A DNA stretch of 38,429 nucleotides from Bacillota bacterium (GTDB taxonomy: Bacteria; Bacillota; UBA4882; UBA10575): the NCBI GenBank assembly GCA_012512605.1, contig JAAZDX010000028.1, positions 1 to 38,429 of the forward strand. Direction: 5' to 3'. Below the pieces are notes generated by a model. That model did not search any database, was not told the origin of the DNA, and worked only from the letters and a program-made list of their open reading frames with translations. Shown here piece after piece: positions 1 to 8,318 of the stretch. The position numbers were made by a program, and so were the translations under genes. Positions within the stretch are counted from its first letter, which is position 1. Every line of letters starts with the position of its first letter.

Positions 1-89
1 GCCTCACCCTGGTCTCCCCGCTTACCCTGCGGGAGGGCAGTGCCCACGATGTTATCCTCCGGAAAGAGGCCGAACACGATTTTTCTTGA
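1..89 (+). CDS. Probable 3' end of an upstream gene (partial, product unknown)
   Basis: An open frame runs from position 3 (LTLVSPLTLREGSAHDVILRKEAEHDFS) to TGA at 87-89 and is followed by a bidirectional terminator. It is too short to identify. Confidence 0.4.
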   Translation, partial: LTLVSPLTLREGSAHDVILRKEAEHDFS

Positions 90-116
90 ACATTGCTTAA
101 CCGGTACGCGGCACGG

Positions 117-146
117 AAAAAAGCCACCATTGACGGTGGCTTTTTT
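117..146. terminator. Bidirectional intrinsic terminator
   Basis: AAAAAAGCCACC-attgac-GGTGGCTTTTTT is a perfect inverted repeat with A/T tracts, lying between convergent genes. Confidence 0.85.
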
Positions 147-192
147 ACTGGCCCGCTCAGGGTTTCGGCCGGTTTGGGTGAGGTGGTGGTAA

Positions 193-1509
193 CTAGTCGC
201 GCCGGATTTTGCGCGCTTCGAAATAAAACCGCTTTTCATCGGCTTCCCCCATGGAAAAGGTCTTACGGGGTAAAGCGCCGTCGCGGATGACCGTTTTAAA
301 GAGGTCATGCTTGTTTAAAGGTGGAAGGATAAGACCGAGGTTTCCTGGTTGTCGTCCCAGGGTCGTAATGTTTTCATCGCCGTGGATATAGTCGATTCTG
401 CTTTCCGGATGACGGCGGAGATAAGCATCGAGAAAAGGCTGCAGGGTGCCGACGGTCAGGACCGAACTGGGGTTGTCAATGATGACGGTGCCGGCGGCCG
501 TTGCGCTGTAAAAGTGGAAATACTGGGCTTCAGGGTTATCCGGTCCTTTCTGTTCTTTAGCGGTTATAATCCGGCAATGGAGATGGTTTTGCATTTCGAG
601 GAAGAACTGGTCGGGATCGACCTTGAACAAAAGACGATGGATCGGGTGGAAGATCAGACCTTCGTCGTAGAGATTGACCACTTCGACCAGGCAGAAACGG
701 GCTGGATGGTCGTGCAGAGAAGAGGGATCGGCGGTTTGCATTTTAAGGTTCTCCCAGATTGCTTTGGCCGTAGCCAACGAATGGTTACCGTCGCCGACGG
801 CAAACAAAAGAGGTGCTTCCTTGGCCCCGTATTTGGCCGTGGTGACTTCCGGAGTGATTAAACGGGCTAAAGCCTGAAAAGTTTGGCTGAGGAGTGCTGG
901 ATCCGTCAGGTGATAACCGGTGAGGTGACCGCCGTTCATCATCAGTTTAAAATCGTAAAGCCGTGGTAAATCCGGGACGTGTTGGAATAGGGGTTCAATC
1001 ACCGTTTGTTCCGGATCATCGAGGAGGAGCATAATATGGGGTACTTCCAAACTCCCACCTTCCCGGATTTTGATGCGGGGTGGTAAACGATCGGCGATCG
1101 TCTCTTCGGTGGGGCGGATTAAACTTTTCGCCCCCTGCTTGTAATCGTACTTTTCCAGATCAACTGCGAGGAGTAACCCTTTGCGGGACGGCACATGGGC
1201 GGTCTGCCGGTCAAGGAGGATTAGCCCTGGGGCTAGCGGAACCAGGGTTTTTTCGGCTAGGAAGGCCTGCATCCGTTCATTAATCTGTAGAATTTTACGG
1301 TCGACCTCCGGGTCGTCCAAGTAAACCTCGGGGAGGATCAGATCTAAAGTGGAAGGAGAGTCACCAATCTGCCTTCTGACTTCTGCCCAGTACTCGGGGT
1401 TTGAGGTATACTGGTCGCAGGCGATCACCGCCCATTTATGCAAGTCGATGTGGGTGGCGGGCACCAAGACCTCTGGAATCTGGATACCCAGGTCGGCGGG
1501 GTTAATCAC
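193..1509 (-). CDS. DUF1015 family protein
   Basis: 438 aa with family motifs KWAVIACDQYTS, IRPTEET, PHIMLL, AVGDGNHSLATAK and LPRKTFSMGEA. GTG start with an AAAGGAG SD. Confidence 0.85.
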   Translation of the reverse strand: MINPADLGIQIPEVLVPATHIDLHKWAVIACDQYTSNPEYWAEVRRQIGDSPSTLDLILPEVYLDDPEVDRKILQINERMQAFLAEKTLVPLAPGLILLDRQTAHVPSRKGLLLAVDLEKYDYKQGAKSLIRPTEETIADRLPPRIKIREGGSLEVPHIMLLLDDPEQTVIEPLFQHVPDLPRLYDFKLMMNGGHLTGYHLTDPALLSQTFQALARLITPEVTTAKYGAKEAPLLFAVGDGNHSLATAKAIWENLKMQTADPSSLHDHPARFCLVEVVNLYDEGLIFHPIHRLLFKVDPDQFFLEMQNHLHCRIITAKEQKGPDNPEAQYFHFYSATAAGTVIIDNPSSVLTVGTLQPFLDAYLRRHPESRIDYIHGDENITTLGRQPGNLGLILPPLNKHDLFKTVIRDGALPRKTFSMGEADEKRFYFEARKIRRD

Positions 1510-1702
1510 TTAAAAACAACTCCTTTACTTAAGAAATACGAGGCCTACGAGAGATCATTCCCCCGGCACCCGGTACCAGGGACAATGCTGCCAGCACCAA
1601 CTTTTCTGCGGCTGGCACCCACCGGGCGTTGGTTCAATATGTCAGATAGTCGGTGGACTTCCCCGGCTTCTGTTTAAGCGCCTTGCCAACTGTCCAGGTT
1701 GG

Positions 1703-3988
1703 TTATTCAGGATAAACGCTCCTGGCGTAAAGATCCGGGTTGACCTGGGTGAGCAACGGGGAAAGTTCTCCGGTATGATAAAGGAAAAGCTGGTGCAAAG
1801 CACGGGTACAAACAGTATATAGGATCGATCGTTCCTCTGGGGAACGGTAAACCTCACGGGAACAATCGCAAATTATGACGGCATCGAATTCTAACCCTTT
1901 GGCTAGATAGGAAGGGATGATTACCGGACCGCCCGCCAGAGTTTTCTCTTCTTTGGTGAGTAACCGGATCGGGACCAAGGCTTTAAGTCTTTCATAAACA
2001 GCCTGGCATTGGCGGGCGGTCTTGCCAATAACGGCCAGGGAAGAAAAGCCAGCAGCGCTTAGAGTGCGGATCCGGCTGGCGAGGGCGGGGACCAGTAACT
2101 TTGGGTCGGTTACCGCGGTCACCAAGGGTTTGGGTCCAGGACGGTTGATGCCCGTGGCGTCAATTGTAGGTTCGGCCAGAAGCGCACTGGTAAATGCGGT
2201 AATCTCCCGGGTTGACCGGTAACTTTTGTTTAGAGTAAAAGTCTGTGGGTTGCGGGCGGCAAAGACTGCTTCGATCTCCGCAAAGGAGCTCCGGTATTGT
2301 CGGGGATGGATGGTTTGGTTTGGATCGCCCAGGATGGTCAGGGTTGCGGTGGGAAAGAGTTCTTGGATGATCCGGTAGTGAAACAAGGTATAATCCTGTG
2401 CTTCATCGATGATCAGGTGTTTAATCTCCGGAAACTTAGGAAACCCTTCAATTTTTCCCCGAAAATATAAGAAGGGGGCCAGGTCTTCATAGAACAAGTG
2501 ATTAGCGCTGAGTGTTTTTAAGATGGCCTGGCGGAGACGGTTTAGAGTAGCCGACGGAAACCGCCCGGCGGCCATTTTGGCGAGAAGTTCTTGGTTGGCA
2601 AATAATTCCCGGTAGAGCTGGAAAGGGTCCAGATCGGACCAGGCACGAATGGCGGTGCGGACCGGTTGGAGCTTTTTGTGCACGACCAAACGGCTGCGGG
2701 CTTTAATCTCGGCCGCCGCTAGTTGGTGGTTCTCCTCGGCAAGACGCTGGGCATATTCTTTTATTTTCCGTGCGGTGATTGGACGGAGGAGAAAGAAAGC
2801 CCGCCGTTGCAACTGAACCAAACGTTTCTTCAAGGGTAAATAGGCATAAGACTCATCATAGAGCGCCCGCAGTTCTTCTTTACGGAGGATCATCTCCCCT
2901 TCAAACTGGAGGTCGGAAAAGGGTCGACCACGGGCGGTTAGATATTTTTGGTAGTTATCGATCAGCGCTAAAAATTCGGGGGTCGTCTGCAGGTAGATCT
3001 TTTCTTCCCGGAGACGATCTTCGGCGTTTCCATCGGTCGTTAGCGTAAATTCCAACTGGTTATGGCGGTCTTCCACGGACAGACCGGGCGGCAGCAGGGG
3101 TTCAACTAAATCTTGGAAGGTAGTGCACCGTACCATCTCTTCGCCTAATTCGGGTAGAACATTGGATATGTAGTCGGCAAACAACTGGTTGGGGGAGAAG
3201 ATTAAAATATTTTTACTGGTAATCCGGTCCCTCTCTTTATACAGGTAATACGCTGCCCGGTGTAGGGCAATGGACGTTTTTCCGCTGCCGGCGGCACCCT
3301 GAACAAGCACGACCGGATGTTCCTCGTTGCGGATCACCCGGTTTTGTTCCCTTTGTATACTGGTGACGATCGCCCGCATCTTTTCATCACTGTGTTGGCT
3401 AAGGATCTCCTGCAGGATCTCGTCGTCGATCTTAACATTACAATCGAACATGTAGATCAAACGCCCGTCTTCGATTTTATACTGGCGTTTGCGGGTGATC
3501 TCCCCGCCGATCACCCCGACTTCGCACCGGTACTCCGCCGGGCCCAGTTCATAATCGTAAAACATGCTGGCGACGGGGGCCCGCCAATCATAGATCAAAG
3601 GCTGTCCTTCTTCGTCAAGTAAAGTGGAGATCCCGATATAAATTTTTTCGGTCGTTGGCGTGCCGTGCTCCCGGATCTCACGGAAATCGATCCGCGCAAA
3701 ATAGGGTGTTTTGCGCATTTTTTGGAGTTTCTTGATCGCCCGGCGGTTGTATCCCACACTCAGCTCCGTATTGCGTAAACCGCTTAGCTGTTGGTTGAGG
3801 ATGACCGCGGACGCAAAGCTATCGGCAAAGCGGGGCCCGTCTTCCCAGATGTCTTTGCGTTCCTGCTTTAGCAGGGCGTTCAGGCGGGCGAAAAAGGCCT
3901 TTTTTGCCTTTAACTCCTGTTTAATTACTGTTTGCACCATGGCCAAATGGGCTTCTTCATAGTGGCGGTCTTCGGTTTTGGCTGCCAT
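1703..3988 (-). CDS. helD: RNA polymerase recycling motor HelD (SF1 helicase-like)
   Basis: 761 aa with PYFARIDF, YIG, DWRAP, Walker A QGAAGSGKT-SIALHR, IDEAQD, SYRST and KGLEFD. SD is GAAGGAGG. Confidence 0.9.
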   Translation of the reverse strand: MAAKTEDRHYEEAHLAMVQTVIKQELKAKKAFFARLNALLKQERKDIWEDGPRFADSFASAVILNQQLSGLRNTELSVGYNRRAIKKLQKMRKTPYFARIDFREIREHGTPTTEKIYIGISTLLDEEGQPLIYDWRAPVASMFYDYELGPAEYRCEVGVIGGEITRKRQYKIEDGRLIYMFDCNVKIDDEILQEILSQHSDEKMRAIVTSIQREQNRVIRNEEHPVVLVQGAAGSGKTSIALHRAAYYLYKERDRITSKNILIFSPNQLFADYISNVLPELGEEMVRCTTFQDLVEPLLPPGLSVEDRHNQLEFTLTTDGNAEDRLREEKIYLQTTPEFLALIDNYQKYLTARGRPFSDLQFEGEMILRKEELRALYDESYAYLPLKKRLVQLQRRAFFLLRPITARKIKEYAQRLAEENHQLAAAEIKARSRLVVHKKLQPVRTAIRAWSDLDPFQLYRELFANQELLAKMAAGRFPSATLNRLRQAILKTLSANHLFYEDLAPFLYFRGKIEGFPKFPEIKHLIIDEAQDYTLFHYRIIQELFPTATLTILGDPNQTIHPRQYRSSFAEIEAVFAARNPQTFTLNKSYRSTREITAFTSALLAEPTIDATGINRPGPKPLVTAVTDPKLLVPALASRIRTLSAAGFSSLAVIGKTARQCQAVYERLKALVPIRLLTKEEKTLAGGPVIIPSYLAKGLEFDAVIICDCSREVYRSPEERSILYTVCTRALHQLFLYHTGELSPLLTQVNPDLYARSVYPE

Positions 3989-4006
3989 GTCTCCTCCTTC
4001 ACTCGG

Positions 4007-4035
4007 TCGACGAATTGCTTCACTTATGGTAAAAT
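4007..4035 (+). promoter_or_regulatory. sigmaA-type promoter, antisense to the helD leader
   Basis: TCGACG (4007-12), 17 bp spacer, TAAAAT (4030-35), with extended -10 TG at 4027-28. Confidence 0.65.
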
Positions 4036-4049
4036 AGATTATGGTATCT

Positions 4050-4076
4050 TCCCCTGCGGGTGCAGGGGATTCTTTT
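4050..4076 (+). terminator. Intrinsic terminator for the short antisense transcript
   Basis: TCCCCTGC-gggt-GCAGGGGA followed by TTCTTTT. The U-tract is on the + strand only. Confidence 0.6.
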
Positions 4077-4117
4077 GCCTACTCTTTAGTTTTTAGCGGC
4101 CGTTCGGAATTTTATTT

Positions 4118-4146
4118 ATTATAACAAACTTTTTATTCCGCTCCAA
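4118..4146 (-). promoter_or_regulatory. sigmaA promoter of helD
   Basis: On the minus strand: TTGGAG, 17 bp spacer, TATAAT, with an extended TG. Confidence 0.75.
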
Positions 4147-4235
4147 GCGGGGAAAGGAAGATTTAGCCAAGGCTTAATAATTGGGGTCTCGCCGTAGGCC
4201 AGCGGTTATCTTTGATTTAAGGAGGGATTAAGCAG

Positions 4236-5060
4236 ATGCGAAAACTACGAATGTTAGCTTTGGATTTAGACGGGACTTTGTTAAGAGAAGACAAAACGAT
4301 CAGCCAATTAACGCGGAAACTCCTGACCGAACTGTACCAGGCCGGTGTGGAGATAGCCTTCGTTACCGGACGGATGTATCATTTCACTGCACCGATCCAG
4401 GATTTACTCGGGTTCCCCGTTCATTATATCTGTACCGACGGGGCTTTTTTCCAGCCCCGCGGCTGGGAAGTGCCACACTTAAAGACGGTTGCGCCCACGG
4501 TAACCCAAGCGGTTTTGTCCTCCATGGCCGATGAACTTCATGGCGTTTATCTTTTTAGCAACGACCGGATTCACTGCTTTACCGCCACGCCGGATCCGAC
4601 GATCTTTTCCTGGGGCTTTGATCTGCAGGCCGATCCGGCACGAGAGGCCGAACCTCCGGTCAACCAGGTGGAACAGATTGTGATCTACGAAGAGAAGGCG
4701 AAAGTGCGGGGGATTCAAAAAGCACTCGGCATGATGCACCCCGGCCTTGATCAGGAGATCCATCCGTCCATAGAAAGTGGTTATGAGTATTTGGTCATTC
4801 GCCCACAAGGGGTGGACAAGGGGAGTGGCTTAACCCGTTTAGCCGAAGTTTTAGGGGTGAAGACCACCGAAACCATTGCTTTTGGTGATTGGCTCAACGA
4901 TCTGGCGCTCTTTCGCGACGCCGGTCTGTCCATTGCCCCGGCCAACGCCGTGCCGGAGGTAAAAGCCAAAGCGACCATCGTTTCCCGTTTCTCCAATGAA
5001 GAGGATTTCATCGTTCGGGAACTAGAACGTCTGTTCCAAGCGGGGAAGATGGTCGTTTAG
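4236..5060 (+). CDS. Cof-type HAD-IIB hydrolase
   Basis: Motif I DLDGTLL, VTGR, VDKG and motif IV FGDWLND. SD is AAGGAGG. Confidence 0.9.
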   Translation: MRKLRMLALDLDGTLLREDKTISQLTRKLLTELYQAGVEIAFVTGRMYHFTAPIQDLLGFPVHYICTDGAFFQPRGWEVPHLKTVAPTVTQAVLSSMADELHGVYLFSNDRIHCFTATPDPTIFSWGFDLQADPAREAEPPVNQVEQIVIYEEKAKVRGIQKALGMMHPGLDQEIHPSIESGYEYLVIRPQGVDKGSGLTRLAEVLGVKTTETIAFGDWLNDLALFRDAGLSIAPANAVPEVKAKATIVSRFSNEEDFIVRELERLFQAGKMVV

Positions 5061-5076
5061 GAGAGGGCGAATCAAG

Positions 5077-5104
5077 AAAAGAGGCTGCTGCGGCAGCCTC
5101 TTTT
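5077..5104. terminator. Bidirectional intrinsic terminator
   Basis: AAAAGAGGCTGC-tgcg-GCAGCCTCTTTT between convergent genes. Confidence 0.9.
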
Positions 5105-5105
5105 G

Positions 5106-6095
5106 TTATAGGGCAATGGGGTGTTCCATGGTGGCGATGACTAAACGGACCGCCGCTTCCACATCATTAAGGTCAACCATTTCCGAAGGCGAATGGAGAT
5201 AACGGCAAGGAATGGAGATGACCCCGGCGGGAACCCCGGCCTTGGTCAGCTGGATCGCGCCGGCATCGGTCCCCCCGAAAGGTAAAACTTCGAATTGGTG
5301 CGGGATATCGTTCTGCTCCGCCGGCATTGTCAGGAGATCTTTGACCTGTGGATGGGTGATTAAAGAGACGTCTTTCACCTTAATGGCCGCCCCTTGTCCC
5401 AGCTTCATGGCTAATTTGGGCGCTTCGGGCGTATCCCCGGTGCCGGTTACATCAAGGGCGATGCCCAGATCCGGATCGATGCCGAAGGCGGCGGTCTTTG
5501 CCCCGCGCAACCCGACTTCCTCCTGGACGGTAAAGGTACAATAGAGGTCGTTTTGGGGCTTGGTGACGCGTTTGAGGGCTTCGATCAGCACCGCACAGCC
5601 CACCCGGTTGTCGAGGGCTTTCGCCACAACCCGTTGGCCCAGATCAACAAACCCATGATCAAAGGCGGCAATTTCGCCAACGGTCACTTTAGTTTTGGCT
5701 TCTTCGGCCGACGTGGCCCCAATATCGATGAATAACTTTTCTAAGGTCAACTGTTTTAGATCATCGATCTTTTCGGCACCGATCACGCCGATCGTTCCGT
5801 TTTGGAACCGGACCCGTTGGGCATAAAGCCGGTGGGGTCTGATCCCGCCAACGTTCCCGAAGCGGAGGAAACCTTGCTCGTCAATGGCGGTTACGATCAC
5901 CCCGATCTCATCCATGTGGGCCGCGAACTGCAGTTTGGTATTACCCCCGCGCTTGAAGGCGATCAGATTGCCCATGGGATCAACGGTCAGATCATCACAG
6001 TAGTCCTTAAGTTCGGCCTGGATGAAGGCACGGACCTGTTCTTCCCGTCCCGATGGGGCAGCGAAACTTGTCAAGCGCCGTAATAAATCTTTCAT
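5106..6095 (-). CDS. M42 family metallo-aminopeptidase (third of three)
   Basis: Metal and catalytic motifs AHMDE, KALDNR, QEEVG, LDVT, GTDA and YLHS. Confidence 0.9.
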   Translation of the reverse strand: MKDLLRRLTSFAAPSGREEQVRAFIQAELKDYCDDLTVDPMGNLIAFKRGGNTKLQFAAHMDEIGVIVTAIDEQGFLRFGNVGGIRPHRLYAQRVRFQNGTIGVIGAEKIDDLKQLTLEKLFIDIGATSAEEAKTKVTVGEIAAFDHGFVDLGQRVVAKALDNRVGCAVLIEALKRVTKPQNDLYCTFTVQEEVGLRGAKTAAFGIDPDLGIALDVTGTGDTPEAPKLAMKLGQGAAIKVKDVSLITHPQVKDLLTMPAEQNDIPHQFEVLPFGGTDAGAIQLTKAGVPAGVISIPCRYLHSPSEMVDLNDVEAAVRLVIATMEHPIAL

Positions 6096-7117
6096 ACAGG
6101 TAACCCCCTTTGTTCGATGTCTCTTAAGAAAGCATCGATTAGTTTAACCGTCTGTGTGAGGTCATTGCGGTTTAAGATCCCCACGGGCGAATGGATATAA
6201 CGGCAGGGAACAGAGATCACCGCAACGGGGATACCACTCCGGGTCTGGTTGATGACTCCGGCTTCTGTGCCGCCCGTGGTTGATTCCCGAAACTGGTAAG
6301 GAATTCCGGCTTCCTCTGCGACGGCGACCAGGCGCTGAATTAAGGCTGGGTTAACGATGACGGAACGGTCCATAAAACTGATGGCCGGGCCAGCACCTAA
6401 GCGGGTGGAAGCTTGGTGTTTTTTCAGTGGGGGGACATCCCCGGCCGAGGTGGCCTCCACGACCAGGGCTAAGTCGGGGTTTAACCCAAAGGCGGCGACG
6501 GTGGCACCGCGCAGTCCGACTTCTTCCTGGACGGTGAAGACATAAGCCAACGGAAGATTATACTTCTTTTCCATCAGGTTTAACAAAACAGCACAGCCCG
6601 CCCGGTCATCAAGGGCTTTTCCTTTAAAGAGACCGTCGCCGAAGGGTCCGGCTTCGACGTCAAAGGCGATCAGGTCGCCGAGCTTAACATCTTTTTCGGC
6701 ATCACTGCGGTCGGTGGCCCCAATATCCACAAACAGACCGGTCGTCTTCACCGGACGTTTTCTTTCCTCCTTCTCCTGAAGATGGATGGGTTTGGCCCCG
6801 ATCACCCCGGGAATCCGCTGGGGACCGACTAAAACCCGCTTGGAGATGAGGACCCGTTCATCAATGCCGCCCACCGTTTTGATCTTCAGCAACCCGCTGG
6901 GGTCGATCCCCACCACCATCAATCCAACCTCATCCATGTGGGCGGTGAGCATGACGAGGGGGCCTTTCTTCCCTTGGTCGCGGCGGGCAATGAGGTTGCC
7001 TAACCGGTCGGTCTGGATCCGGTCGACTTGGCCCTGGATGCGGTCGCGAATATAGTGCCGCACTGCGGTTTCACCGCTGGAAACCCCGGTTAATTCGGAT
7101 AACTCCTTTAGTAACAT
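6092..7117 (-). CDS. M42 family metallo-aminopeptidase (second of three)
   Basis: AHMDE, KALDDR, QEEVG, VEAT, GTEA and YIHS. Overlaps both neighbours, suggesting translational coupling. Confidence 0.9.
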   Translation of the reverse strand: MLLKELSELTGVSSGETAVRHYIRDRIQGQVDRIQTDRLGNLIARRDQGKKGPLVMLTAHMDEVGLMVVGIDPSGLLKIKTVGGIDERVLISKRVLVGPQRIPGVIGAKPIHLQEKEERKRPVKTTGLFVDIGATDRSDAEKDVKLGDLIAFDVEAGPFGDGLFKGKALDDRAGCAVLLNLMEKKYNLPLAYVFTVQEEVGLRGATVAAFGLNPDLALVVEATSAGDVPPLKKHQASTRLGAGPAISFMDRSVIVNPALIQRLVAVAEEAGIPYQFRESTTGGTEAGVINQTRSGIPVAVISVPCRYIHSPVGILNRNDLTQTVKLIDAFLRDIEQRGLPV

Positions 7118-8172
7118 TCTAATCCCTCCAAAAAGGCGCGGTCGATCTGCATGATGAATTCGGCTAAGAGACGGCCGGTTTCTTTGAGATCGTCCAACGC
7201 TAAAGTTTCAACGGAAGTATGCATATAGCGGAGGGGGATACACACCAGACCGCTGGCGACTCCGGCTTGGCCGATCTGGATGGCGTAGGCGTCCGTTCCC
7301 CGGGGGGTTTCCGCCGCTTCCACTTGGTATTTGATCTTTCCGGCTTCGGCCGCCGCTTTCAGCTTGTCAAAGATGAGGGGATGAACCGGTGGTCCGGTAA
7401 CGATGACCGGTCCCTGCCCCAGTTTAAAGCCTTCGTAATCGGCCAAACCAGGCATTTCCCCGTGGGTAACATCGACCGCTAGTCCGACATCGGGATTAAG
7501 GCTATAAGCACTGACGAAAGCCCCCCGGACTCCTAGCTCCTCCTGGACCGTGATGGTAACCAGGACTTCCGCTTCATGGTTAAAATCTTTCAGACGGCGG
7601 AGACATTCGACCAGCGCCACGACCCCGGCCCGGTCGTCCATGGCCTTTCCGGCATAAAAGGAGTTTTTCAAAGCACAACAGGTCCGCTTAATTGTAATTG
7701 GGTCGCCAACCCGTACTAAAGCGGCGGTTCGTTCTGGAGAAAGGCCGAGATCGATGGTCATATCTTCAATTATCACCGCTTTATTCCGCTCGTCCGCTTG
7801 CTGTAAATGGGGGGGTTTAGCGCCGATGACCCCGGGTAAATCTTCCTGGCCGTGGACAATGACCTCTTGCCCGAGGAGGACCCGTTGGTCAATGCCGCCA
7901 ATTGTCGAAAAACGGATAAAGCCGTCTTCCAGGGCGGAGACGATCAGGCCGATTTCGTCCAGATGGGCAGCCAACATGATGCGGGGTGGATGCCCGCCCT
8001 GGCCTGCTTTGCAGAGAATAATATTGCCTAACCGGTCACGGTGGAGGCCGCTGATCCAGCGGCGGCCTTCTCCGTTGGTGAAGAAATCGATGATGATCTG
8101 GGCCGCCCGGTCTTCCCGCCCCGAAGGGCCGGCGGCATTGGTCAGTTCCTTCAGTAGTGTTTCGGTCTGCAC
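7108..8172 (-). CDS. M42 family metallo-aminopeptidase (first of three)
   Basis: AHLDE, KAMDDR, QEELG, VDVT, GTDA and YMHT. GTG start 8 nt after AGGAGG. Confidence 0.9.
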   Translation of the reverse strand: MQTETLLKELTNAAGPSGREDRAAQIIIDFFTNGEGRRWISGLHRDRLGNIILCKAGQGGHPPRIMLAAHLDEIGLIVSALEDGFIRFSTIGGIDQRVLLGQEVIVHGQEDLPGVIGAKPPHLQQADERNKAVIIEDMTIDLGLSPERTAALVRVGDPITIKRTCCALKNSFYAGKAMDDRAGVVALVECLRRLKDFNHEAEVLVTITVQEELGVRGAFVSAYSLNPDVGLAVDVTHGEMPGLADYEGFKLGQGPVIVTGPPVHPLIFDKLKAAAEAGKIKYQVEAAETPRGTDAYAIQIGQAGVASGLVCIPLRYMHTSVETLALDDLKETGRLLAEFIMQIDRAFLEGLECY

Positions 8173-8279
8173 GCATAAAGCCTCCTTTCTTACTGACTTC
8201 TTTATTATAACTTTTTTTACTGGTAAAGTAGAGGAAAAAAGTGATGGATATAACCCATTTTCTGGCGAAAAGGCGAAAA

Positions 8280-8304
8280 AGGGATTGACTTCTCTTTGTC
8301 GAAA
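8280..8304 (+). promoter_or_regulatory. sigmaH-like promoter overlapping a Spo0A-box-like TGTCGAA
   Basis: AGGG-N17-GAAA. TGTCGAA at 8297-8303, with a further TGGCGAA at 8263-69. Confidence 0.4.
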
Positions 8305-8318
8305 TTTGACTTACGGCA

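Noticed and set aside
1510-1702. ZMP/ZTP riboswitch upstream of DUF1015
   Set aside because: It lacks the conserved GACUGGCG...GGGGAG...CGCCUGGG blocks.
8036-8177. Out-of-frame ATG sharing the SD of the first M42 gene (46-aa ORF)
   Set aside because: Its 4-nt spacing is poorer than the 8 nt of the GTG, and the peptide has no features.
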